Origin: Eledone cirrhosa
Lineage: Eukaryota
Direction of reading: 5' to 3'
DNA length: 64,000 nt
Assembly: GCA_964016885.1 (NCBI GenBank)
Contig: OZ024740.1
Location: 367,164,001-367,228,000 of the forward strand
Made by a program: the position numbers and the translations under genes. The notes beneath the pieces were generated by a model. The model saw only the letters and a list, made by a program, of their open reading frames with translations. It was not told where the DNA came from and searched no databases. This document shows positions 39,899 to 51,743 of this stretch, piece by piece (position 1 is the first letter of the stretch; each line of letters starts with the position of its first letter).

Positions 39899-40011
39899 CA
39901 TGCTCCGAAGATCTGACTGGTTATAATTCTGTATTGGCGATCGAGTGACGCAAAATTAGGCGGATAGCGATCTCTAGACAGACCAGTTCAGTGAAACAAA
40001 TGTAAGCTATG
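39899..40011 (+). ncRNA. Type-I hammerhead ribozyme, U4C variant with long stem II (GUA)
   Basis: CATGCT-CCGAAGA-T-CTGACTGGT..ACCAG t TCAG-T-GAAA-CAAATG-TA-AGC t ATG. Confidence 0.68.
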
Positions 40012-40059
40012 TGATTAAAAACTTTTTTGTATAGCATCTCAAGTAAACCTTCTTTCCTG

Positions 40060-40099
<40 letters not shown>

Positions 40100-40367
40100 C
40101 GCACCCAGGAGCTGGACATATCGATGGATTAACAGGGCAGAACACATTACAACATCATGTTTTCCTGTTTTTATTTCCTTAATTCTTATTATGGCTGAAA
40201 AGTGTATCTTGTTACTCGAGAATTTAGCCTATGGTAAATAGACGAAACTCTAGAGTAACAAGAACCACTATTCACCCTTAATAAAATGAATATTAAAACT
40301 CTACTGCGGTATTGAGTACTCTTTTCTCTCACACGTCAACCACATACGGATACACACACACACACAA

Positions 40368-40471
<104 letters not shown>

Positions 40472-40863
40472 ACACACATATATATGTGTGTGTGTATGTA
40501 TGTGTGTGCGTATGTGTGAGTGTATATCTATATGTACACGCATATGCATGTATTATTTGTATTGACGCTGATATGAATAGATGCATAACAATAATGTTTT
40601 TTGTCATAATGTATTTCAATATTACAAAGAAATGTTTTTCCTATATAAAATATATAGTATGTCGTACAGAATATCAGAATATCATATCATATTAGTGTTT
40701 AATATATTGATTTTATTCTAAAAATGTGCAACATCAACAACATCAATAATATTAACAATTTCCAGAGCGCTAACTGCAATACATACACAAGTACACACGA
40801 CACACATGAATGCACAAATATTGCGCACCCCGCCATATATATATATATAATATATATACATAC

Positions 40864-40918
<55 letters not shown>

Positions 40919-40922
40919 ATGT

Positions 40923-41093
40923 AACGAAAATAGTGTGGTAAGGAACCAGGTGGCCAGAGTACTCGATACTTAGGGTAGTAGAGTCGATAATAGGAAAAGA
41001 GTCAGGAGCCCGACGGGTGATATCCGGCCGTTTCGACAGTTAGATCCAGTTCAGAAATGTCTGGAGCTCAGCCGTCGGGGTCCTGACTCATTT

Positions 41094-41097
<4 letters not shown>
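40923..41097. mobile_element. Short hairpin-ended element (family of 28651)
   Basis: Sequence match and a terminal inverted repeat. Confidence 0.78.
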
Positions 41098-41164
<67 letters not shown>

Positions 41165-41311
41165 TATTTTCCGTTGTGTTGTAATATAAATATTACACAC
41201 AGTAGATTATCAGCTCACGTAGAGTTTGCTCGACGGTTCCAGTTGTAGTTCCAAAAGTAATCCGGAGAAAAATAGAAAGATTTGAATGGATACAGTTTAG
41301 TTGAAAGGAAT

Positions 41312-41428
41312 TTATTGACACGTGTTTCTATAACAGTTACATAACCTAAAACAGCTATCTACAAACTTTTAGTTATGCAGACATTCAATATTTCAATGTT
41401 ATTATTTACTGTCATTTCATCAGAATAA
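41312..41428 (-). ncRNA. Type-I hammerhead ribozyme with branched stem II (GUC)
   Basis: Minus strand: TTATT-CTGATGA-A-ATGACAGT..ACTGTTAT-A-GAAA-CACGTG-TC-AATAA. Confidence 0.82.
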
Positions 41429-42691
41429 TATTACTGAGGACCTATTTAGTTTTTATAGAGAATATTAGGAGGGAGGGGTGAAGTTGTTAGAAGAATAGTT
41501 GAAGGAGTGGTTTTTCGATAGCAGTGAGAATTCTTGGTGGCAGTGAGTAATTAGATTCACATCTGTTGTTTTGACATATTTTATAGAATATATTATTGGT
41601 TATTTTCTAAATCTATAGAAGGATTAGAGATAGTAAAGATATGCGTGGTTGGTTTTGTGTTTGCACTTAACATTCAGACTTAAATTTTTCTTTCAAGTGT
41701 ACGTATTCTTTCACCAACGCATTCACACACAAATATATTTGCACACCTCTACAAAATACATATACTCACAATTCACATATTCATACTTACATATATATAC
41801 ACATGCATACACATATATATACACGCATGTATTCATGTACATACATACGCGCTCATGTGTATACATTTTCATACTCAACTTATCTTTATATATACACACG
41901 TATAGACACACACATATATACATACATACTCTAGTCCATGTGTACACACATACACATACATACACATCCATATACACATACATACATACACATATATATA
42001 TACATATATATATATACACATATATATACATATACATATATATATATATTTATATACATACATATACATATATACACATATATACACATACACACACACA
42101 TATATATATATATAAGCACTTTAATACATGAATACACTTACATCTAACTATACACATCAAACATATATATATATTTACTTATTTATATACATTATCACAT
42201 ATATATACATACTTATGGACGTTTTTAGACACATTCATTATCGCATATTTGTACCTATTCTCATCAGCATATCTTTTCATTATTAGTATGGTAATTTAAG
42301 GTTATTAATATATGTTGAGAAGAGATTGTTTTTATATTTTTCTAACTAGATTAAGGTTTATATAGTTGGGGGATGTCCCTCTTTTATGTAATATTCTGCT
42401 TGTAGTGGGAAAAAAGGGTTTTAGTTCTGTGACGGCAGAATAATGTTCGTTCAATTCTGTTATTCAGCAGTTTCTTCTTGTGTGTGATTATGTAATAAAT
42501 CTCAAGATTACACAATTTGCAGAAATTTTGGCTCCTGGAAAAGCTTTGGGTTTTAGCTAATTTTTCCCATTTTAGGGTAAACTTTTGATTGCTATCCCTG
42601 AGCGTCCAAGCTTTTTCTGCTATATATATAAAAGAAAATTTCGCTCTACATGGCTGAATACAATAAATGTAATCTGAGCTTTTCGAATATT

Positions 42692-42889
42692 AATAATTGT
42701 TCCTACTTTTGGCCAGCAAATACCAAGCAAATACCCAGTGCATTACTGGTACTTTATTTTATCTACCCCGTAAGGATGAAAGGCAAAGTTAACCTCGGCG
42801 GGATTTGAACTCAGATAATAAAGGGCCGTAACTCTTTGCTGCAAAGCTTGGCGTCCGACCCTCTACTGATACTGCCAATCCACCGCCCT
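42692..42889 (-). mobile_element. Nin-domain tRNA SINE
   Basis: Full-length match to the other copies. Confidence 0.9.
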
Positions 42890-45393
42890 TCGAATATACG
42901 TTTCAAGTAAAGGTGGTCTATGTCACTGTTAATGTGGAAGTTTCCGGTGTTGTTCAGTATTTTTCGAGTTCCAACATCAACTGCTCGGATTTCGTCTATC
43001 GTCCAATTGAGTATTCCAAACGTTGGTGTTAGGGCAGACACAGCAAACACATTGTGAGCCACTGTTTTGTTTTGCGCAGAGAGTTCCGATGACCAGATCT
43101 TCCTTAATCGGGTGTAGTATTCCCTGGTTACGCGTTCTTTATTACAGATACCATTATAGGATATGTTCTCATCTATCCCCAGTTATCTGTAGCAGTCCTC
43201 ATCAAATATCGGTGAAACAGTTAGACCATTGCTAGATTGGGTTGTTGTTTTTCCCCGTTTTACAGTCATGTATGAGCATTTATCTTGGCCAAACTCCATT
43301 CCTATATCCTTTGAGAACGTTGTAACCAGGTAAAGATTTTTCTTCATCCCATCCATGTTCTTGGCATAGAGTTTCAGATCGTCCACAAAGAAGTTATGGG
43401 TTAGGTTCGTATTTCTGTCCTCCTGTGAGCCAATGATGTATCCCTCACATTTCTTTAGCAGAAAGGACAAGGGGTTTAATGACAAGATGAACAATATCAC
43501 AGAGAGACTGTCGCCCTGAAATATACCCCTGCAATATTTTATTTTATCAGTGAAAATAGAGTCCTCCCTCTCTGTCTTTACCCTTAGGATAGTAGCCCAA
43601 GAAGAAGACAGCCTCTCATGGCTCTGGCAATAATGTCTGGGACTTTAGCAAGCTGGAGGGCCTCTATCATCCACGAGTGGGGAACAGAATCGAAAGCTTT
43701 CCTGTAGTCCTGCCAGACTGTAGACATATTCCTCCTAAGTTGTCGCACCTCCGACATCGCAGTTTTGTTGATTAGGAGTTGTTCAGCACATACCCAAAAC
43801 CTTTTCTTTCCAGCTGCTTGTTCATATGTGATGATGTTATTATTTTCACTGTGATCTTGGAGGAATAGGTTCAGGCAGGCTGTATACATCTTATACATCA
43901 GGTTCTGGCATGCAATGGGTCGGTAGTTTTTCGCCAAGTGGGTCTCTTTGTTCTTTGGGACCAGTAATGTTTGTGCTAATGTCAACCATTCTGGTATAAG
44001 TGTATCTCCCTTAAGAACTTGTTGGTAGAGGTCAGTAAGATACCTCCGATAGAATATTAGTTTTTTGTACCAGTAGCTGACAATCATGTCTCTTCCTGGT
44101 GTTTTCTTATCTTGGAGTTTTCCTATCACAGTCTCAAGAGTACCCTCACTTATTTCGTATGTTTTTGTTGTAGTGTAGGAGCAATAGTTCTTTCGGATTT
44201 CTCTTAGCCACACTGCATCTTGGTTGAAATTCTTCTCTTCACCCATATTTTTCTCCAAAAGGAATCTCTCTTTCTGGGATGGGGCCTCAGTGACACTTAT
44301 TATTTTGCCCTTCATATCTCTATAGACTGATATTTGGTTTCGTCTGAATCATTTATTAAGCATTTTTCTCTCGTCTACCTTCTTCAGGTATCGGCGTTTT
44401 TCGCTAACAGCTCTCAATTCTTGTTTGAGGGTGATCAGCTTATATTGGAGAGTTCTAGTTCTACTGTTACCAAACATCGTCTCTATTTTATTTTTCGCTC
44501 TTTGTTGGTGAGGAGTGAGGTTCTTTTGCGTTTGTTTGCATGTAAGGAGCATTGTCACATGTCCTAGTTTTTTTCGTAGGTCAGCACTCTTTTTTTCTAT
44601 TTTAGTTATATATGATGGTATTTTTGGTGGTGTTTTGTTCGTGTTAATATCTCTGCTATCACCAAGATAATGCTTCACTGTCATTGCTAAGGCATATAAA
44701 CAGGCGCTGATTTGCCAAAATGTTGGGGTTTTTATCCGTCGTAAATATTCATCCCCTATTTCGTCAATAACACGTAGTATTTCATTATTTGGTTTTTTAT
44801 TTACCATTGTCATTTTAACACGTTCAGCAAGAGAGATATTTATACATGAGTTAATTTCTCTCTGGAAGATTTCGTTGAGGGAAATTTTCAATTGTTTATA
44901 CTCTTGATTATCATTATCGATAGTATTTTCCACAACAGTCGAGGTAGACTCGGATGGTATACGTGGTGTCACATTTATTCGATTATTATTATTATTTCTT
45001 CGATTATTATTATTATCGATAGCATTTTCCCCAGCATTCGAGGTAGACTTAGATGGTACAGGTGGTGTCAAGTTTCTTACAGGCATCGTAGTTTCAAGGC
45101 GCTGTTCGACCTCGCTGCTAGGAAGTCTAGCAGCATGGCGATATGTAGCACGTGTTGTTGATTCCATGTTTGTTGTGGGGGACTTACAATTAATAATATT
45201 TATCTTACTTTTACGTTCAACAAACGTCGCTTGTTGGCGTAATTGTTTCGCTGTGAAATAATTTAGCTCTGGGTGCATTTCGTCCCAGTGTAGCTTCATT
45301 CTATTCATATAGCCAATGGAGGGATTGTTTTTTGCCATTTTATAACAATTAAATAAATCATCATTAAGTTCGCAACTCCAAGAGAAATGCGAT
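42890..45393 (-). mobile_element. R4/Dong-type LINE, N-terminal region and RT, frameshifted
   Basis: NYRPIAC, DYRKAFDSVPHSW, GIFQGDSLS, FFVDDLKLY, SDIDHLYL. Confidence 0.9.
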
Positions 45394-45490
45394 TTATAAT
45401 ATGTATGTATGTATGTATGTAAGTATGTATTTAAGTATGTATGTGTGTATGTATGTATGTATGTATGTAAGTATGGATGTATGTAGGTAT

Positions 45491-46098
45491 GTCAGGTCAC
45501 CAGTTGGTGCTACTGGTAACATGTATCCCAGTACAACCTGTCTCATGGTTGGGTCGTTGGCGACTAAACTGGCAACCCCACCAAGATTTCTTGGTGAGGA
45601 GGGTGACTTTGGACATCTTACAGGACTAAAAACAAAACCTGTCAAAGGGCAAAGGAGCTCTTAAGAGTCAATGGCCATCCAAAATCACCGGGAGAGATGA
45701 CTCCTTAGCCTTTGTCAAGGCAGAATTCTAGGAGAAGGAAAACTCTGATATAACACCTGCAACCCTGATGGTATCCAATGATGTTGACTTGTTCTTCTTT
45801 TTGGTAAATATCATCTTGGTTAAGAGAGTGGGACTGGCTTTGTGCAGTGCCTTTGCTCACTATAACAGCTTCACGGCACAGACATTGCTTTATATCTGGA
45901 GATCTCTCTGCACTTGTCATCACATGGTACCATGGCCCAGCACTATGTGTCAATAATTGTCACAAGTGTAGTGTTTGTACCAGAGTTTTCAAGTCGGTGG
46001 CTGGACTAAAAAGTCACACTCTTTCAGCGCATCGGCAGGGGTTCTCCAACATGGATATCAAGTAGTGGTCGTACTCGAAAACGAGTTGGCAACCACCA
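45491..46098 (+). mobile_element. ~610-bp non-autonomous RTE-like derivative (5' leader fused to 3' end)
   Basis: End-to-end match with 53802-54417. The 3' part encodes a CSVCTRVFKSVAGLKSH zinc-finger-like peptide. Flanked by simple repeats. Confidence 0.65.
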
Positions 46099-46100
46099 TG

Positions 46101-46221
<121 letters not shown>

Positions 46222-46259
46222 GCTACATGACCCTCCCAAAGTATGACAATATATATATA

Positions 46260-48340
46260 TATATTGTCATACTTTGGGAGGGTCATGTAGCTAATAATAA
46301 CACATGCATCTGCGGTTTTCACTTCAATTTATTATAAATTTCCGGTTGGATGGTTGGTTCGATAACCAGATGATTGTTTATATATTGTCAAAGCTATTTC
46401 GTCGCACATCCTGTGACCTCCTCAGTGACTGGGCTTTTATTTTTTGTCTCTCCTTTGTGCCTGTATGTTATATGTTGTGTGCTTGGTTTGCGCATGCGTT
46501 ACATCCGTGTGTATCTGTGTGTGTGTGTGTGTTTTATGTGTTTATTTACTTGTCACTAGTTGGTTGTTCGTTCTATCTGTGTGTGTCTGATTTGTTTTAA
46601 TAGTTTAGTTTTTGTGTGTGTCTGTATGTCTTCATTTTGTCCTTAATTATTAGTTGTAATGTTGCTATTACACTCTGTTTAATTCTGTTTAATTTTGGGT
46701 GGAGTTAGTTTATGTAATTTGTCTGGTCATTGCATCTTTTTTGTGTTTGGATATAATTTTAATTTCTATGTTCTCCAGTGTGCCCATATATTCTATTTTG
46801 GCATGTTGGACTTCTCGCCAGTATTCATTTATCCTTTCTCTTATGCTACGGGCTGTTTCACGTATGTATGTTGTACTCTGTTCCTCAGTACAGCTTATGC
46901 TATATACTACGTTTCTAGTTTTGCAGTTAGATTTCGAGATTAGCTTGCAGTCTATGCATTTCCTATGAGTGCAGCGGGTTCTTTGAAATGGATATATGTT
47001 TTACTAATTAGGGTTTTTATGGGAATACCTGGTCTTAATACCTATCTAAATATTCAATATGAGCTTGCCAAGAGTCCTTCTAAATCTGTAAGCTAGTTCA
47101 CCTCAAGGGTTGTATTACACTCTGGTATTTATTGCTACCATACCATGATTTGTTTTTATTTGCCTTTTTCCTAATCCTTTCTATTCTGTTCCAACATTTG
47201 CTCCTATAGATGGGGCAAGTCCCATTTACATCATTTTCGACAAATATTTCCCCATTTAGTCCTGCCTCGTTTATATACCCTGATCTTGTCTCTCTGGTTG
47301 TAGCCAGAGAAATGCATTATTTAGGATTGTACATGCAGGAATCGTTCCCCACCACTCTTACTAAGTCCGCAATCAGTAAATTGATTTTCATGTGATCCGA
47401 AACAGCTGAGTTTCGGTGGATCAGTTACTTGGAGGTCATGGGTTTGGCACAATGCGAATGGAGGATTTCCGTTCTATTACTAATAATTTCCAACCATAGT
47501 TCTGTGTCTAGTACGGGTAGTCTATAGTTGGGGTATTTATTTGGGTAGTCTATAGTAACTTTAATACTCTGGTGGATGGATTTAGTTATTTATTGGATGC
47601 TTTCCATCGTGTTCTTCTCTAATTCCTGATTGTTCTCCTGTAGGGTTGTTTTTACTAAGATGTTTATGTCATCTATGTAGCGGGAGTACATAGTCAGGGT
47701 TATAAAATTGTTGTCTAAGCGTTCCCACCACACCAGAGGTTAGCTATGGTACCTGCAATGCTAACGCCAATGGCTACCCCCTTCGCTTGGGCATATGTTT
47801 TGCATTAAACCTGAACATATGTTACTTAAGGGTTAGTTTTATACTGGCCTACACCTCATGTGCGATCATTTTCTTTAATTTATCATGGTTTTCGGGGGTC
47901 CGTATGACTCTGGTCCACCCACTCCATCTTTCTATGTGGGTCTTCTTGGCCATTGAGGTAATGGTGGTTGGTTTGCCTCTATCTGGCCTTAAGGGGCAGA
48001 GACTGCTGAGGTCATGTGTGTCTAAATATTCCTTATTATGTGTGAGTTTAAGTAGGAGTCCCAGTCCACTGGTATCAATCCCACGGAATTCCACATCGCT
48101 CTCGCTGGTCATTTCTAAGCATTTCTCCACAACAAAATCAACGAATGGGTATAGGGACACTACATCCATGCAACCTATTGAACAGGATGTTAGGTCCCTA
48201 GACGGATTGCATTCACCGTTTCTGCTGAGGATGGCCTCCGTGCTGTCGCACATATATGGGGACATTTCGATTATATGGCGTATGATATATAATTGCCTGA
48301 ATTTTAAGATTGAAATAAAAGCCCTCAGTATTTAAATGTA
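46260..48340 (-). mobile_element. Decayed Penelope-like element: RT + GIY-YIG endonuclease + 3' pseudo-LTR with hammerhead
   Basis: MDVVSLYP (~48150), KGVAIG (~47775), SRYIDDI (~47675), NCKTRNVVYSISC..YIRETARSIRERI (~46830-46930). The pLTR 46260-46700 matches 5456-5905. Confidence 0.88.
46387..46429 (-). ncRNA. Minimal hammerhead ribozyme in PLE pLTR
   Basis: Minus strand: GTCA-CTGAGGA-GGTCACAGGATGTGCGAC-GAAA-TAGC-TT-TGAC. Confidence 0.68.
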
Positions 48341-48527
48341 AAGGTAAATATATCATATTATATAAAACATATGGCAGTTTCCCGAGGCATGCTGATGTTA
48401 TTGCTGTTTCATTCGCCAGAATGGGTGACGATCGAAGCATCAATAACATTGTCTTGCCTCGAGAAACTTTGCGTACCTAGGAAGATATATGCTATTTTGG
48501 TATGTCTTTTATATATTATAATATAAT

Positions 48528-48586
<59 letters not shown>

Positions 48587-48608
48587 AATAATATGTAAAT
48601 GTATATAT

Positions 48609-48745
<137 letters not shown>

Positions 48746-49185
48746 CGCGTATATATATACATTTACATATTATACTTATTCAAACACTACTTATACCATG
48801 GCTGCAAAAATTCTTTTTATTAAAATGAATAGAATTGTAGTCGTGTCATATCTTAATGGAATCTCTCGGTAAACCTCACTAGGAATAGAAACAGAAAGCT
48901 TTAAAATAAGATTATTGTAATCTAATCCATTTCCAATTTCATTTTAATAAAACAAATGATAAAGCGAATGAAAATTCTCAGTCGCAAAATATACTGTCAC
49001 GTAAATGGAGGAGAATTTTTATATTGGTTTTTTCAATAGTATTGGGCATATGGAAAAATATCTTTAAATACTTATTTTCAAATACTATTTTTTTTATCAA
49101 ATATGTGTGTTACTGAGAAGTGAGAGTTTTTATTCACCAGAACCACTTTCATTTTATAAGGCTGAGTATACCTATATATATATAT

Positions 49186-49350
49186 AACGAAGGAAATGTG
49201 GTAAGGAACCAGATGGAACATAACGCACCAAAGTACTCAAGACTTAGGATAGTAGAGTGGGTAATAGGAACGAGTAGAACCCCGACCGCTGAGCTCAACC
49301 CGTTTCGACGTCAAAACGGCTTGAGCTCAGCCGTCGGGGTCCTACTCGTT

Positions 49351-49354
<4 letters not shown>
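49186..49354. mobile_element. Short hairpin-ended element (family of 28651)
   Basis: Sequence match. Arms ATAGGAACGAGTAG.. / ..CTACTCGTTCCTAT. Confidence 0.8.
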
Positions 49355-49406
<52 letters not shown>

Positions 49407-50170
49407 AATATAAATTAGCGAGAATCGTATTTCAGCTCAGGAATCAACGAAAATCAACGTCCGATATGTGTGGCAAGTGCTCGATGATTCATGTGAATCA
49501 GAGCTACAACATACGTTAAGGGCCAAACACACTGAGATGATGGTTAAACATATCATCCGCATAGCCAAAACAAACGACCAAGTAATTCGGGTCAAACAAT
49601 AAAAATATATGTGATTGATAATTTACCCGGACCCTGCACTGTTGGTAAAATCCAGTATTTGGTTTCTGCGACTCCAAAATCACGTACTGTCCGCCTACAT
49701 AAAGAATGTTGGGCTTCTGGTAAGATGATTGAACAAGGAAGCCGTGTTATCAACGGGTTTTTGTTCCAAATGCTATACATAAGTGTGGCTATTACTGACC
49801 CCACGTGGAGTTCAGCAAGGGAGGCAACACTTATATTAGGCGAATGAATTCAGTTGTGTATAATATTGCGAGAATGCAAAATATCACAAATCGAATAAAG
49901 CTCTCGACAGAATGGTTAAATATAACAGAGCTATTCAACAGTCAATAGAAGCAACTAAAAAAATCAATAAAATTAACTGCTCAATAGCTAGACTCTGGAG
50001 ATTAATACAAATATAAATTAGCGAGAATCGGTGGTAACCACAGTAAGTAAGGTACTCAATATATAGCAGAATATAAATATCTAATATAGAAATGGCTTCT
50101 ACATGACTAGAACAGCGCTTTCCAGATTATTTCCTCCGAATGAAAGAGTTCTAGTCCTGTAGAAGCCAAT

Positions 50171-50224
<54 letters not shown>

Positions 50225-50391
50225 TACATCTACCAACATATGCGTAGAGATGTACAATAATACTAGTAAATATATAAGTTATGTCAAAGTACCTAGGTGG
50301 TTCAATGTAGGGGGATGCAGAACAATTATATGAAAGACGTAAAATAAGAAAATTTAAAAAATTAAAAATTAACTTACTTACTAAAATTTTC

Positions 50392-50473
50392 ACTCCAACT
50401 AATTAGTTTCTGTAATGGGATGAATATAGTTACACAATGTAACTATTGAGAATTCATTACGTCATCAGGGAGT
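50392..50473 (-). ncRNA. Type-I hammerhead ribozyme (GUU)
   Basis: Minus strand: ACTCC-CTGATGA-C-GTAATG..CATTAC-A-GAAA-CTAATTAG-TT-GGAGT. Confidence 0.85.
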
Positions 50474-50920
50474 CTATTCTCAGCTAAGTTCCCAGGCAAT
50501 GCGCGGACACTAGGAACCCATATAAAAATAATAATTCAGTGGATGTAATAAGCTAGCGGGGACTAAATTCCATAGCAATGAAAAATTTCACTGCCTCTGG
50601 TCAGTGGTGGATTCTAAAGAATCAATCACGTGACACTGAGGTTAGTCAGTTAGGAGTGGGGTGGTATTATGACAAGAGCCTACTACTACTACTATGAATT
50701 AGCAGTAGATTTGGCAAGTTTGCTCAACAAATAATTTGGAGATAAATATATAGAATTAATATCTACCAACATATGCGTACAGATGTACACTAATACTAGT
50801 AAATATATAAGTTATGTCAAAGTACCTAGGTGGTTCAATGTAGGGGGATGCAGAACAATTATATGAAAGACGTAAAATAAGAAAATTTTAAAAATTAAAA
50901 ATTAACTTACTAAAATTTTC

Positions 50921-51002
50921 ACACCAACTAATTAGTTTCTGTAGTGGGATAAATATAGTTACACAATGTAACTATCGAGAATTCATTACGTCATCAGGGA
51001 GT
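50921..51002 (-). ncRNA. Type-I hammerhead ribozyme, second tandem copy
   Basis: Same core, with single mismatches in stems I and II. Confidence 0.75.
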
Positions 51003-51299
51003 CTATTCTCAGCTAAGTTCCCAGGCAGTGCGCGGACACTAGGAACCCATATAAAAATAATAATTCAGTGGATGTAATAAGCTAGCGGGGACTAAATTCC
51101 ATAGCACTGAAAAAGTTCACTGCCTCTGGTCAGTGGTGGATTCTAAAGAATCAATCACGTGACACTGAGGTTAGTCAGTTAGGAGTGGGGTGGTATTATG
51201 ACAAGAGCCTACTACTACTACTATGAATTAGCAGTAGATTTGGCAAGTTTGCTCAACAAATAATTTGGAGATAAATATATAGAATTAAGCTGAGAATAT

Positions 51300-51381
51300 A
51301 GTCACTGATGACGTAATGAATTCTCGATAGTTACATTGTGTAACTATATTTATCCCATTACAGAAACTAATTAGTTGTAGT
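51300..51381 (+). ncRNA. Hammerhead ribozyme, inverted copy with eroded stem I
   Basis: CTGATGA at 51305-51311 and GAAACTAATTAGTT at 51363-51376. Confidence 0.65.
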
Positions 51382-51432
51382 GAAAATTTAGTAAGTTAAT
51401 TTTTAATTTTTAAATTTTTTTTATTTTACGTC

Positions 51433-51518
<86 letters not shown>

Positions 51519-51674
51519 AATGGCTTCTACAGGACTAGAACTCTTTCATTCGGAGGAAATCATCTGGAAAGCGCTGTTCTAGTCATGTAGAAGCCATTTC
51601 TATATTAGATATTTATACTCTGCTATATATTGAGTACCTTACTTACTGTGGTTACCACCGATTGAATCCGGGAT

Positions 51675-51739
<65 letters not shown>

Positions 51740-51743
<4 letters not shown>

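Larger units (their letters stand above)
50219..51440 (-). mobile_element. Retrozyme-like element: two ~535-bp head-to-tail units plus an inverted partial third copy, one hammerhead each
   Basis: Direct repeats 50219-50753 / 50754-51288. Inverted copy 51288-51440. No meaningful ORF. (TA)n on both sides. Confidence 0.85.

Noticed and set aside
44349-45338. 329-aa ORF as a host gene
   Set aside because: It is collinear with the downstream RT ORFs and is the N-terminal part of the R4/Dong LINE.
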